From assembly GCA_040954595.2 (NCBI GenBank), contig CM082577.2:10131846-10195845 (forward strand): a stretch of 64,000 nt of DNA, read 5' to 3'. Below are positions 1 to 12,700 of the stretch, in pieces (position 1 is the first letter of the stretch; every line of letters starts with the position of its first letter). The stretch is from Balanoglossus misakiensis. Its lineage: Eukaryota; Animalia; Hemichordata. The notes below the pieces were generated by a model, which worked only from the letters and a program-made list of their open reading frames with translations, made no database searches and was not told the origin of the DNA. Position numbers and translations under genes: made by a program.

Positions 1-560
1 TAAGCAACCTCGGATTCATCACGGATGAACATCAGATCAACGTGGCAATAACCAGAGCTAAACGCGGATTGGTTATCGTAGGTAAGTAAACGAACACATC
101 TGACCAGTCACTACAAGTACACACGTGACGTCATAAGTTACCCTTTCTGTACCATGGTTTGGTCCAATTCCATATTGCTGTCAACGGCAATGCTGGACCT
201 CTATACAAGGAAATGGGGTGAAATATCACATTTAAAAATGGAACAGATGATTGTCTTGAAAACAAGATAGAAGGGAGCAAATTTCTTTTGATCTTTTTTA
301 CAAATCGATGAAACTTTTCAGATACAGAAAATGGTGCTCTGAAGGAAGTTAATGCATCAATTCAGAGCATTTATATTTGATGGTGTTGACAAATAAATTA
401 TTTGATAAGTGTTGTTTTCCCGGTTATTTTTGCAGGAAACAGAGAACTACTGACAACACATACGATGTGGAGACAGTTGCTGCGAAAGTATGAAGAGGAT
501 GGATGTCTTGTAAATGCTGGGGAGTTTCTACGCCTGCCACAGAATCCATCCAGAAATTGA
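1..560 (+). CDS. HELZ2: 3' end of a HELZ2/UPF1-like superfamily-1 RNA helicase gene; last two coding exons join(<1..81,436..560)
   Basis: Frame from nt 3 reads SNLGFITDEHQINVAITRAKRGLVIV(G), the SF1 helicase motif VI region (NVAxTRA), ending at a G|GTAAGT donor (82). Acceptor ttttgcag|436 continues in phase 1 as GNRELLTTHTMWRQLLRKYEEDGCLVNAGEFLRLPQNPSRN-TGA (558-560). The GFxxDxxQINVA and GNxxLL...WxxLL...GCLV pattern is HELZ2-like. The symbol is family-level. Confidence 0.8.
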
Positions 561-617
561 TGAGGGAATGCAGAATTCATACTCAGTTATTTAAAGCGTA
601 CTTGGGCCAAAATGTAG

Positions 618-813
618 TAGACCATTTTCCAAACTCTATGAGACTCCGCGAGATCTCGGGTAGCCGCAGTTCGTCATGTTAAATGGCACACAAGTTACAA
701 TTTTTGTTCAACGCTGTATTTAACAAGCCCAATTGCGTTACTTGGCTACCAATCCATTGCCGTGTTCATTAACCAAGTCTCGCGAGATCCCACAATGAAG
801 GGAAAATCGTCTA
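618..813. mobile_element. Short MITE-like element in the helicase 3' UTR
   Basis: 13-bp inverted termini TAGACCATTTTCC (618-630) / GGAAAATCGTCTA (801-813), one mismatch; no coding capacity. Confidence 0.45.
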
Positions 814-2289
814 AGTTAAAGGAATTATATGCAGCAAGTTTTAGATTTTTAGATTTTGTGCCCTGCAAGTTTCATGATACCTGATGTTATATTTCAAAAC
901 TTTCTACAGACAGATTAAACTTTAAGATGTAATTAAGGAAGGAATTGTAAAATATTGTATTATAAATGCCGTGAAATATTATTAGCTTTTAACATTTACA
1001 TTTTTCATGATTTGTATTTTACAACTTTTGACAGCCTAATTTTTAAGATGTAAGGAAAGGATTGTAATATTGGTTATGTTGTGAAAGGAATCTGTTTTTG
1101 GCTTTAAAATGTTTACATCTTTTGTGTAATAATTAGTTTAATTGTTAGTATTTGAAGATTCCTAAGCCACATTTTTCTACATTTACATATGTGTGTTTTT
1201 AGAAATTGTTTGATTGTTTTATGTTTGTTCACTACTATAATGATGTAAAAAGTACTGTGACTTCTGATCAAGTCAAAGTGGCCCCCTTTTTTAAGATATA
1301 CTTAAATTCATAATGTGTGTTTCTGTTGTCCATATAGGCCTGTTTGTCTGAATTTTGCGAAAACAGTTTGAAATTGCTAGTATGTTAAGGGCAAGAATAA
1401 TTATCCAAAATGCAGTCCTTCGCTGTCTTTGAACTCTAGTATACTAGAAATGTCTGATTTTGTCAATTTTGTTCACTTCATAAATCACTGGACCATTGAT
1501 TTAACTCATCTCAAAAAGGAAATGCCACTTGACTGAAAGAAGTGATTTTTGTAAGATTTGTGTCAATCCTTTGAACGCTTTACATACCGTGACTATGTGT
1601 ACATGTATATAATCAGGTCATACTTTAAACAAGATCTTTCTTCTATCTACTCTTGTATCCATGAAAATAAATCAGTAAAGTGTATAATCTTGGCAGTTAT
1701 TTTATTCCATACTTTTTGGCAGCAGTTTTATAAGTTACGGATGCGCTCAGTTGGTCACATCATTTTAGCAAAAGTCGATGGACATGTTAACTATCTATAT
1801 ACTGTAATGTACACAATCGGCTGGGTGGCTAGGCAATTTATATAGGATAACATTCCTTCTTATTTATGAAGCCCTTTTACAAAGATCTACGAAAACTGGC
1901 AAAAGCTTGGAGAGGTGCTCGATAGAGGGCGCTTTCCCTTTTCTAGTTTCATTCAAAACTTGACTTACTACTTTGCTAGCAACCTGTTGCTGTGGTAATT
2001 AACCAACGAGTAGTTGTATTCACGTCATACAAGCACCCATATACAGAGTATAGGTGATTCGTACCATCTGGAGCTGCACATATTGGGGAGCATTTTTCAG
2101 TGAGATAGACAAGATTATGTATCAACAGAACTTAAAATACCGAAAAATTATGCCAAAAAGAGCGACCTTTCTTGCATTCATATCGTTATGTATTGGGTAT
2201 GTCTATCATGAGATTGTTGTTTTAAACATTAAAAAATGTACGACATTTTGGAAAATCTTGCATTTTATGTCAAGTCAAAACAAAAAATA

Positions 2290-2385
2290 TTATCTCGTGC
2301 GTACAAGTTTCTCTCACGTGCTCACGTGATAGTAACTCGTGGCCACGAGATATGTCGTGCGCACGTGAAAGTAACTCTTGTGTGT
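2290..2385. repeat. Degenerate tandem palindromic repeat (CGTGCGCACG/CTCGTG units), probable transposon remnant
   Basis: Repeated units ctcgtgcgtac, cacgtgctcacgtgatagtaactcgtggccacgaga, cgtgcgcacgtgaaagtaactc. Confidence 0.4.
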
Positions 2386-2856
2386 GCCAGGGGAGGCGCA
2401 TTTCCACAAACATTCAGCTCATACCACCCACGATAAACATAACCAAAATAAATGAACCATTGAAAGGGCACTCCTCCTCTACGCTGTATGTACATTCTTT
2501 GTGTCCAAATGACGCGCCCGGCAACCAGTCGTACGGGGTTTGACTTACGAAAGGTTTCGCTTGACTGAACGGTTTCGCTGTCCCTGGTACTGGTAAGAAG
2601 CATGTTATCACTCGACGATAAACAACGATTATTTAATCCGTAATGGGCCCATCCATTATTTGTTCATTTAACTTCAGCGATATTGGGGGGCGGGGGTCGC
2701 TTTGACCACTTTCGATTTTGAAACTAAAAAATTCTTCAACTCATCCACTGAGAAAAAATAAAATCCGTCGGGTCCACACAGCTTACACATTTCACAACTC
2801 CCGAGATGTTGTGGAGAATGCGGCTCGTGAAGAGTTTCTAATGAGACATGTCGTAA

Positions 2857-3196
2857 AGCTCCACTCGCTGTAACTTTTCGCTATGTTTTCAGTATATTTT
2901 TGTTTTGTATATCTACTGCAGTTACTTGTTCACACATCCCCAAGCATGATTAAATGCCCGGTATCTAGATTAGTAACACCACCCCTATAGGTATGTATAG
3001 CCAGCATTGGCATTGCGAAACATTCGAATTCAAGTCCGGACTAGAATTCATTTGTCAGCAATAACACTGGCAGTTACACACATATATACAGGCTGTGTTG
3101 ACAAGCTGAGTATACTTGGGTATAAATAGCATGTTGTTTAGAACACAGAACAATACTGAAAACTTACAGCCAAAAAGTTACAGCTTAATGTCCCGC
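2857..3196. mobile_element. MITE family A copy 1 (TTAA-flanked, Kolobok-like termini)
   Basis: Imperfect ~30-bp TIR GCTGTAACTTTT...TTTTCAGTAT (from 2867) / ATACTGAAAAC...AAAAGTTACAGC (to 3184). Core AAGTCCGGACTAGAATT is shared with copies at ~8.5, 17.4 and 58.2 kb. The superfamily label is inferred. Confidence 0.7.
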
Positions 3197-4377
3197 TAAT
3201 TGAGCTAGACGGACAAACCTTCTCTCGGGAGGTTAATTACCGACATAAGTTCTACGGTAGCTATGGAGATGTGCTGTATTCATCCGGATATGACGCGCCC
3301 CTTTCTCAAATGGTGAGTGAGAACAACGCAAGCTGCGATTAGTGGCTCGGCAGATGACTATACACTTTTGCCACTTAGGGGGTCAATCGTGACGGATGTA
3401 TGCAGCAGGTTACTCGTACCCGTTCCGTACACCTGGTACCACCACTATACTTACTTATAGTTCACAGGTGCACACAACAATGCACATTTAATGCTTTCCA
3501 AGGCCTCCAACCCATAAGCAAGGGGGTGTAAAGGTAATCAGAAAATTGTACGACAATGTGCTACAAAATGTGCCATTTTAGTTAATTGGACCCCTGCGAA
3601 GGTTAGCCCCCTAGCGGTCACTTCACTCTTTGGGGATCTCTGCACACGTGACTCACTCCTCTTCTGTAGCCGTACGTGTTAGGTCGTTCTGGCGACCTGG
3701 TCTTGATTTTCACCCACCCACCACTCCCATTAATTATTGTGAGTTATTGCCTTTTTTATTATTTTAGATTTACGTTTTCATTTGTTTCTGTACAACCATT
3801 ATTGTATTGCTAGTATTGGCGGAGTCTTATTAAAGTACTTCCATTGTTACCACCAGAAAGTTGTCTTTGTACCTTTATTCATATCAGGGAGAGCAGTGGG
3901 TGGAATTAAATAAATATTACACGTACATAGTAGGCTATATACAAATGACAACATCAAGCAGCAAAAGCGTAGAAGTGCGTACTCAATATACATAAAAAAT
4001 TACCTTGAATAACAGTGATTATTGCACACGACTAGGTTTCATATTTTAGAGCCAAACGTTATGAAACAAAAACACTACAACTCTCAATGCGAGTTTAATT
4101 CAATGCGCAATTTGATGTTGCCGACTCGGTTCGGACACAATTCCATGACGTGGACCCCAAAAGTAGCGATTTTGTCCCCTCAAATGCTGTCCGTATACAT
4201 TCAAAATCAAACTAAAGTGCATAATGTGGAGAGAAATTGCCAGATACAAGAGAGGGAGGGCGTAGCGAGGGGGTGTAGAGAGAGGAGGAACAGACAGAGA
4301 CAGACAGACAGGGGGAGACTAACTTAGTTGTCTATAAAAAAAAAGCCTAGCGAACGGTTTCTTTCCTGAACGTATAT

Positions 4378-4500
4378 CACGTGTGCCGCCATGGCAACCA
4401 ATGTCAGTGGTGTGATGACGTGTGCAGTTGCGTGCGATGGGGGAATAATAGTGCTTCGTTACCTATAAAAACCCAGTTCAGCCCGGTATAATCTTAGTAC
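4378..4500 (+). promoter_or_regulatory. Core promoter of the Ras-like gene: E-box, X-box-like, CCAAT, CRE half-site, TATA box, Inr-like
   Basis: CACGTG 4378-4383; GCCGCCATGGCAAC 4385-4398; CCAAT 4398-4402; TGACGT ~4416-4421; TATAAAA 4464-4470; TTAGT ~30 nt after TATA (4494-4498); ATG at 4569. Confidence 0.6.
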
Positions 4501-4568
4501 TTTCATTGGAAAGTTGAAAACACCGACAACGTGCACTGAGAAAGCCTTGCTTGCATGCACAACAGTGA

Positions 4569-5282
4569 ATGCCTTCCTGGTCCCAGTCTATGCAGCTAGC
4601 ACACACACAAGCACAAAACATGTCCATGAGAAGACGTGTGTTGGGGCAGACGAGATCCTGCGGTCTCCCGGACAGCCGCCGTGAGAGCAAGCGACTGGTG
4701 GTGATGGGGGCAGCCGGCGTCGGGAAAACCTGCCTCCTCCAGCGTCTCCTGGACGGCACGTTCGAGTGCAGCTACAAAGCGACCGTGGAAGACTACCACC
4801 GCCGAGAGTTCAACGTGGACGGCACCACACTGCAACTGGAGATCATCGACACGTCCGGGGCGTTCTCCTTCCCGGCCATGCGCCGACTCGCCATCGCCAC
4901 CGGCGACGTCTTCGTGCTGGTGTACGCCGTCGACGACAGGGACTCGGCCGAGGAGGTGCTGCGGCTGTGGAACGAGATCACCGAGGTGAAGGAGAGGGAC
5001 TGGCCGGCCGTCATCGTCGCCGGCAACAAGAGCGACCTGCGGGAGCTGCGCCAGGTGGACAAGGACACCGTAGAACGATTCGCGGACCACGCGGTCGTCA
5101 AACACATCGAGACATCGGCGAAAGAGGACGACAACGTCGACCTGCTCTTCAAGGAGGTGATGAGGTCCGCAACCGACCCCCAGATGGCTACCTCGATCGT
5201 GAAGAGGCAGGCCAGCCTCCCGGTGAAGCTTCGACGCAGAGGAAGTCGATCACGAGCCAAACCCAGATGCGTTTTGTCGTGA
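4569..5282 (+). CDS. Intronless Ras-family small GTPase, Ras-dva/RASD(Rhes)/Di-Ras-like, 237 aa
   Basis: G1 GAAGVGKT, G2 YKATVED, G3 DTSGAFSFPAMR, G4 NKSD, G5 ETSAK; polybasic tail KLRRRGSRSRAKPR plus CAAX CVLS; strong GC3 bias. The start could be a downstream Met (4620 or 4626). Confidence 0.95.
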   Translation: MPSWSQSMQLAHTQAQNMSMRRRVLGQTRSCGLPDSRRESKRLVVMGAAGVGKTCLLQRLLDGTFECSYKATVEDYHRREFNVDGTTLQLEIIDTSGAFSFPAMRRLAIATGDVFVLVYAVDDRDSAEEVLRLWNEITEVKERDWPAVIVAGNKSDLRELRQVDKDTVERFADHAVVKHIETSAKEDDNVDLLFKEVMRSATDPQMATSIVKRQASLPVKLRRRGSRSRAKPRCVLS

Positions 5283-8200
5283 AGTTGACGAACTTTCCAC
5301 GTCCTGTTCCTTTCCTGTCATCTGAGTGACAGTACTACAAGTTACCATTTCCTAAAGAAGACGTGATGAAGGTCCGTGTAGGATTCTACGAAAGTGGACT
5401 AAATCGAATAGCCTTTTATATATACGGACTAGCTATAGCGTTTTCAATTGTAAAGGCAACATTGCCACCCCACCCCACCCCACCCCACCCCGAAAACAAC
5501 ACAAATCTTTTGTTTTAACATTTCCCTCTGAGAACGAAGTTCATCGTGTTGTGAACATACTTATGACATATAGTGGTTTGTACTCTTTTCAATCTACATA
5601 TTGCGTATTATTGAATTCCGATAATCAATGTAAAACCGATTTCACTTTTTCTAGAATAAATGATAACTGTTCAGTTATTCGAACCGAACACTGTTGTCTT
5701 TGTGTGACTGTCTCTTTTGACGGGAAGAGAAAACCGAGCGTCTCATCAATTCACGGGAGTATGAAGTTTCGGCCTAACATCACATTTTCATTTTTCATTG
5801 CAATAATGCACTTTTTTAAAAATTGCAGGAATTTTCAATTTACTTTAATTTTTTGGCCATTTTATAAATAAAAAAAAGTGTCGATCTTGATATACTATTA
5901 TGAAATATCATTTAATAGACATAATTAAAAGTATGTATGGGATTAAATTGCTTTCTCCAGTTGCAGCTCATGTCATATGTCAAACAAAACAATGACATTA
6001 AAAATAGAAATATATGTCAAACAAACATCCTTTTTAGAGTTCAGTAAAAATGGGGGTCATTAATATAAATTGCGAAGAAACCTTTCACTGTCGAACTATA
6101 CGTGTAGTATAGGTATGAGAAAACATTAATATTTCTATAAATGGCCGGGGTGTTTTCAGTTAATTAAAATCACTTCATCATTATTCTATTTCAAACCGCC
6201 TTGATTTAATATTTATTTATGTTATCTACACTTACTATAAAAAGAGCGTTCGATTTACCAACTGGGTAATATTCATCGGGGCTTGTGCAATACAAGAGAA
6301 TACACTGGGGGGAATGAAAATGAAAAGTGACTGTAAATCATGTGTCAATAACAGGGGAACATTGTTCAGGGAATGGGTCGTCGCGCCGCTTGGGTGTCGC
6401 CCTAGACGAGAATATGTCCTCCCATACCGGCGCAAACCTCACTGCAGTCGCCACGACTTACTAGGATATTCAGTTGCTGTCATGCCCAGCCTAAGCTACG
6501 GTTGACTGCTTCGTTCATTCTAAGAATTATCTTGTGGATGAAGTGTAATGTGTATAAACAAACAAACGCGGCGCAACGACCCCTTCGTTTCAAAATATAC
6601 CCTCTTGACAGAGTTTAAAAGTTATTTACATTGTTTGCATATTTTACACAAGGTGGTAAGCAATAATTTGACATGTCACTGACGCTACCTGTGAACCTTT
6701 GTAAAGAAGAGATACTTTGCCACGTTTAAAAGCATTGGAAAAAAACACAAAAGATATAGACTCGTGTTAAACAAGATTGACAATGTATACGTAGCAAATG
6801 ACTGGAGCCCCAATCCTTCAAAGTTAACTTTACAGCTCGCATTGTCAGCACCAGTTGATTTAGCATTTAATAAAGAAGTAGACACACATTCTCTTGTTAT
6901 TGGTGGAAAATGGAGGAAAACAAGACCTTGGCGGGCGAAGATGCCGGAAGACCTGTGCGTCAATGTCTAGCTACAGGAAACTTGCTCCCGCTGGTTGATA
7001 CCGGAATCAGTGAACACACACTCTGAACCAACTATTTCGACTGTAGGGAAGCCAGGCAACGGACAGCTTACCCCACGGACACGAAGCGTTTTTTTTGCAT
7101 TTTAATTAAGGTCATCATACCTATAGGCCTAATCACGTAAAATTGGGAAGCATATAGCTGGAACTATCATTGTCGCATTGAAATCGACTCCTGGTATGAT
7201 AAAGAAGAAAATCATTCAAGATATCAAATTGATCTATGTGTCACGTGGTTTACAGCAACAGAAACAAATAAAAAGGGGAAAAGAGATTTGTGAAAATTGA
7301 CAACCGTGCTGTTTCGATATTACGTTGAACTATTCAAGTAAAACTGCTGCAAGTGTTACAACCTATGTAGAAATTGATGATCTGACTATATGAAATGAAA
7401 ATTAATTTATCCTTTTAAAAATACCCATAGACTTGGAATCTTGCTATATGAGAAAATAGAAATTGTCTGCCTACATGCCTGTCTTCCGTGGGCGCTGAGG
7501 AGCGCTCTTGCTGGGCTCAATGGCGATTCCTCACATTACGCCACCAACGGTAGGATCGCGGAGGATAACCTCACTGACGGCGAAGTATGGAAATCCTGGG
7601 GGGGGGGGGAAATTACTACGTGTACTTTTATTGCTGATCACATAAGACGGCTGAAAATGTTGTTTTTGTTTAACCCGTGATACTACGGAGCTCGAAGCGA
7701 TTCCCAAAGCCACTAACGGTTCTCTGTTGCCCGTGGCAACAGCCCCAAGGCCTGGATGTACCCGTCGTACCGGCAGAAGAATGCGCCATCAAGGATTCGA
7801 ACCACATCACGATTGCGATTCCAAAAACCGGAATTCGGAAGCACCTTGGTACAAATGAAAAAAAAAAAAAAACAAATATTCCTATGGACGCTTCCAACCC
7901 CTGCACAAAAATCACTTCGTCAGCTGACACACCCTTTAATGTTCTATAATCGACTTAGACTGAAAAAACAAACTCCAGTGATCTGTACATATAGTAAAGG
8001 GTCATAGGCAATGCGTCGGAGCGCCCGCACATGACTGAATCTTTCAGTCTATAATCGATTTTGCTGTGATGGCATAGCCCTCCACGTCTTCTAATGAAAT
8101 TGCCCAGAACATTGTATTATAGGATCACTGTCACACCAAAATATAAGAATTTTGCCACTGTAGCGACCGTATTTAACACCCGTAAAATTTATCTAACCAT

Positions 8201-8380
8201 TATGCATACTAATGATTTTTTTCACGCAGCACTGAGGAGGAAGGACGGAGTCATCCCGGGATTCTTTGGCAGGGGTTTCTGGTCACTTTGTTGGCTCCCA
8301 TTGTGAAATCTGTGGAGGCGAGGTTATTCGAGAAACCTTCCCATGTCGGGATAAAAACACAAACACACCTACCTGGTTAA

Positions 8381-8719
8381 CGCTCCATTAGCTGTTGTAA
8401 CGTTTCTCTCTGTTTTCAGTAATTTTGTTTTGTGCATCTACTGCAGTTTTTTTTTCGAAACACGATGAAACGCCCGGCATTTAGCTTGTCAACACAACAT
8501 ATATGTGTATATATAGACAGCATTGTAATGTGCAATATTTGAAATCAAGTCCGGACTAGAATTGATTTGTCAACGATAATAATGGTGTTTACACACATAC
8601 AGGCTATGTTGAAAAATTGGGTACTGGGTATATTAGAGTGGATTAGAGCAAGAAATTACATTTGATTATCAGATCAAAAATGCTGAAAATAAAGCTAAAA
8701 GTTGCAGCTAACGTTCCTT
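8381..8719. mobile_element. MITE family A copy 2
   Basis: TTAA then cgctccattagctg... left end; ...aaaagttgcagctaa right end; core AAGTCCGGACTAGAATTGATTTGTCAAC as in copy 1. Confidence 0.7.
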
Positions 8720-9379
8720 GTAAAATAGCCAGTTCCTTGCGCGAATTATTTCAGTCTTGCCCCGCGTCCTCCAGGCACTAAAATCGTAAAAACGTGGACC
8801 TGGGGACGGAAGTGCATCGGGTTCAATTTTTATCAACCAATAAACATTCATTACGAACGCGAGCAGCGCGCTTTGTCTCGCGCGACCGAGATCCTCGTTT
8901 ACTGCAGGTGTATCGGCTTGTCACAATCGCGCAGAATTTTGGATGGTGGAAAGCGTCACTGTTCAAGCCGCCTCCCAGTGGCGTTTCTTGAAAAGCCCGC
9001 GCTACTGCAGACAAAGTGACTAACCCCGACGAGGCTCGAATTCGTTATCGTTATGTACATGTAAGATTGATCAACGTAGTTAAGAAAAACCGAATACGTT
9101 CGCAAATAAATGATATCCATTTTCTTAATGTGTTTTTTTTTTGCAGAAAAAAAAAGAATGAGATATTTGATTCGCAGACTAATTCCATTTCCTTGAGGCA
9201 GCCGATTCTTCTCGAGGTCGATGAAAAATTACTCCCTTTTATATAATTAAGAAATATGAGTTTCTTTTCTGCTTTCAAGGCCTTTGCACACCGCCGAGAA
9301 GTCGGCTATCGGCCCCTTCTGATTTGCTCGGCGGGAAATCAATTCTGCCGGGCTCTGTCAATCACCGGGCGAAAGTGGC

Positions 9380-9545
9380 GCCCGATTGGTTCGCATGTGC
9401 GCACGTGACAGTCCGACGCCCCCTGCATAAATTACACGGTGGATTTCATTTCCAAAGCAACTCCGACAGGTGGCAATTGAACAATTTTGTCCGCTTGCTC
9501 TCCAGGACGTCACCTTGAAAAAATATGTAAACTTGGGGAAAAAAT
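9380..9545 (+). promoter_or_regulatory. Putative CpG-rich promoter/5' UTR of the polycystin gene
   Basis: Inverted CCAAT (ATTGG ~9385), GCATGTGCGCA and E-box CACGTG (~9402-9407) about 140-160 nt upstream of ATG 9546; locally CpG-rich. Confidence 0.35.
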
Positions 9546-9706
9546 ATGGATCTCTCTTGGAAACTTCTCTGCTTTTTGCTCAATCTACTGGTAAGTTTTG
9601 TATTACATGCTTAGTGTACATGATCAAGTCTCTGATTTGGTTTTCTGGATTTTAACTTGTATTTTCATTTTTTTTCCGTTACAGGTATTGGCAAAGGAGT
9701 CGTGGG
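9546..9706 (+). CDS. PKD1: PKD1-like exons 1-2 (45 nt + 22 nt) encoding the signal peptide
   Basis: ATG 9546 reads MDLSWKLLCFLLNLL|GTAAGT; ttacag|VLAKESW-G|GTAAGT. The phase-1 end matches the acceptor at 18422, giving ...SWG-VGNYLGCY. Confidence 0.8.
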
Positions 9707-12700
9707 GTAAGTGAATCGTTTTTCATCGTGGTCAGTTCTCGCAACAGAATTCCTCTAAAAGGGAAACTTGACGCAAGATGGAGGTTTGATGTCGCATGAA
9801 TTCATATCATGGGTTGCTGGGTCCCAAAATGTAGAAATTACTTCTGGTATATACGTAATTATCGACAACTGCTTCGGATTATCGACATTCTCTCGCCTGG
9901 ACCAGTCAACAAAGTAAAGACAAAGATCTGTGCTTGAAAAAAACACCCTATATGATTAAAACTCTGCGCACGTACAATTTGATTTGTGATTGATGAGACT
10001 TGAAATTAACTTAGTCTGCCTTGCACACCGAGAAAATAAATACGCGTTAAATATCGACTTTTCAGAGAGCTTTAAGATTACCGGCGTCGTATGCCCAAAC
10101 CTGCCCCGTGTTATTTTGTTGGGACGGAATCACATCACGTATATCTACCTGCATAAACTGTCCATATTTCATAAGACGGGTCTCGAATGGGAACAATTTC
10201 TACAAACATCCGTTACTAAAAGCATTTTTATTCGATCAGAAAATCCATGAAAGGTTCTTGTAATTGTACATCCTGTTTGATGTACGCGAAAAAATGTTGT
10301 TTCTCGGGGTTTGAAATTGCTTGGTCTTTCTGTTGACAACTCTGATCTCGATTGTTTCCAGTACTTGTTGTCTGTCTCTCTCCGAGTATGTATGTGTGTT
10401 TGTCAATGCGTGAAAATCCCTACAATACAGGCTAATAAAGCCATGTATTTTAGTATGTATGTATGTAGGTATGTAGGTATGTATGTATGTGTGTATGTAT
10501 GTATGTATGTATGTATGTATGTATGTATGTATGTATGTATGTATGTATGTATGTATGTATGTATGTATGTATGTATGTATGTATGTATGTATGTATGTAT
10601 GTATGTATGTATGTATGTATGTATGTATGTATGTATGTATGTATGTATGTATGTATGTATGTATGTATGTATGTATGTATGTATGTATGTATGTATGTAT
10701 GTATGTATGTATGTATGTATGAATGTATGTATCTATGTATCTATGTATGTATCTATGTATGTATGTATGTATGTATCTATCTATCTATCTATCTTTCTAT
10801 GTATATATCTATGTAATATCCGTTTCCACAGCTGTCTCGTCTCTATGACTGAGATTAAGAGAATCACATTCACTTTTTGGCATCTGTTTGTCTGTCTCGA
10901 TGATGTCTCCCTTCATGAACAACAAACTTGCTTATTTCAGTCACGGTTACTATAGTAGCCATGTTTCAGTTCATTCCGCGTGCATGCTTGGTCGACGCGG
11001 AGATTATAATTCGGAAATGTGCGCATTGAAGTATGGCCCGACGAGATGAAATAATGACGGTAATTTAATCCGACTATTAGCGAACAAAGCAGTGATTTTT
11101 TTACTGACGTCTTTGTTTTGCAGTGATGAGCTTAAATCAAGGTGTGCAGGGCTTTAATGAAAATACAAATGGTGTTTAATTGGGTGCGTTAAAAGTTCGC
11201 AAGCTAAAGCGGGTGATAATTGGCGACCTAAAGCCGCCGCTATTCACACACAATCCGTATTGAATAACTGTGCCCGGCCGTCGGGGCACGCTTCAAAGAA
11301 ATGCATTTCGTCCACTTGTTGCACAAACTCCGAAACAAGTGACATTCGCGAGAACAAGAAGATTGATGCGGCTAATTTTCACTTAGTGCTGCCGAGTGGC
11401 TATCGTTCACTTTTCCCTTTCGATAATAACCCTAGCTCTTTACTTCAGCAGAAGTTGAGAACTTCTGCGAGCTGTAGATACGCGTTTCGTCGTCATGGCA
11501 ATTGCGTCGTGCAAACAAAACGGGTTGTTTCATTTCATGAATCAATGCCCGCTGTGGCAAGTCGATACCTGCGTCTTGGGCAGTTCTTTGGTTTATTAGT
11601 GTGTATATAGCCATTAGTATAGTTCTGTTCTTTGAAACAGAAGAAATCTTGTTTGCGTCATCAGAAAACCACTAGCAGTCGTCTTGTACACTTAGCCACA
11701 ATAGACTGAAGACATCTTTTAGCCACAATCCACTGGCACTGAAGACATATTTTCTCTCAACGCAAACCCATGTATTGAGAGAAGGCGATCTGACACCCGA
11801 AGGTTTGGCATGAATTGGTGCGCAGAACATCACTGCTAACCTACCACATATACAAATTTACGTGAAAGGTCGTTCATTTTTTGTTTCAAAGTCTGATTTT
11901 ACACGCTGTTGCACAGTAGTAAGTCTTGCGTAACAATAGACGAATTCAACTTGGTCGTTTGGTGAGAGTGCGACCGTTCTTGGCTGGACTGTTGGTGCAG
12001 ATGCCGATGTTGTGTACCGATATATATATATTTTATAATTGATGTGCTTTGGCTAGTGAGGATAAGGAGAGTTCGAGTCGTAAAGTAAAAAAATAAAAAG
12101 CGGTTCTTACACCTGAATGTCGTCAATAAAAGATACAGAAACGCGCAGTCGACATTATATACACCTTCCGCGTTGCCTAGCACCGGATAGGAGAATAAAT
12201 TCACATTAATTCCCTCCATAGTTCGAGTTGGATTTATGAGTTTTCTGTCCTCGCCGGCTTTGTTTGGAATGGTGGAATTAGATGGAAGATATGAAAGGGG
12301 GAAAAAAAGACATTACCCGCAGGAATCGGTGTTTATTTTGCACTTGGTCGCCCGCGCGGGAGTACATGCATGCACAGCTCGGGTTTCGCGAGAAAGCCAT
12401 GCAGTGGCCGAGTGGCTTGCCAGCAGCAGCTTTGTCAACACGGCTCTCAACACGATACTGCCGCTTGAAGTAAAACTCAAACAACCATCGCAAATTGCTA
12501 GGTTTTTGTTGATAAAAAAATATCATTTCGAAAATGGAGTTTTATCAATGGCTCGTGCTTGTGTTTCGATAACGCTCGTGTTAAGATTATTTCGCGTAAC
12601 CATGGTGCCGGTTGCTTTTAATAATTACACGTAAGGGATTTCGATGAAATGGTTTTATAGAATCTCCTGTCTTAGCTGCGCACTTACAGTTGTTTGTAGT

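Noticed and set aside
4478-5329. Overlapping alternative-frame and antisense ORFs around the Ras gene
   Set aside because: Same GC3 shadow effect; only 4569-5282 has GTPase motifs.
5300-9300. Short ORFs between the Ras gene and the polycystin start
   Set aside because: No domain motifs, codon bias or consistent splice-phase chain.
10311-10955. MYVC-repeat ORFs
   Set aside because: Translation of a (TATG)n microsatellite.
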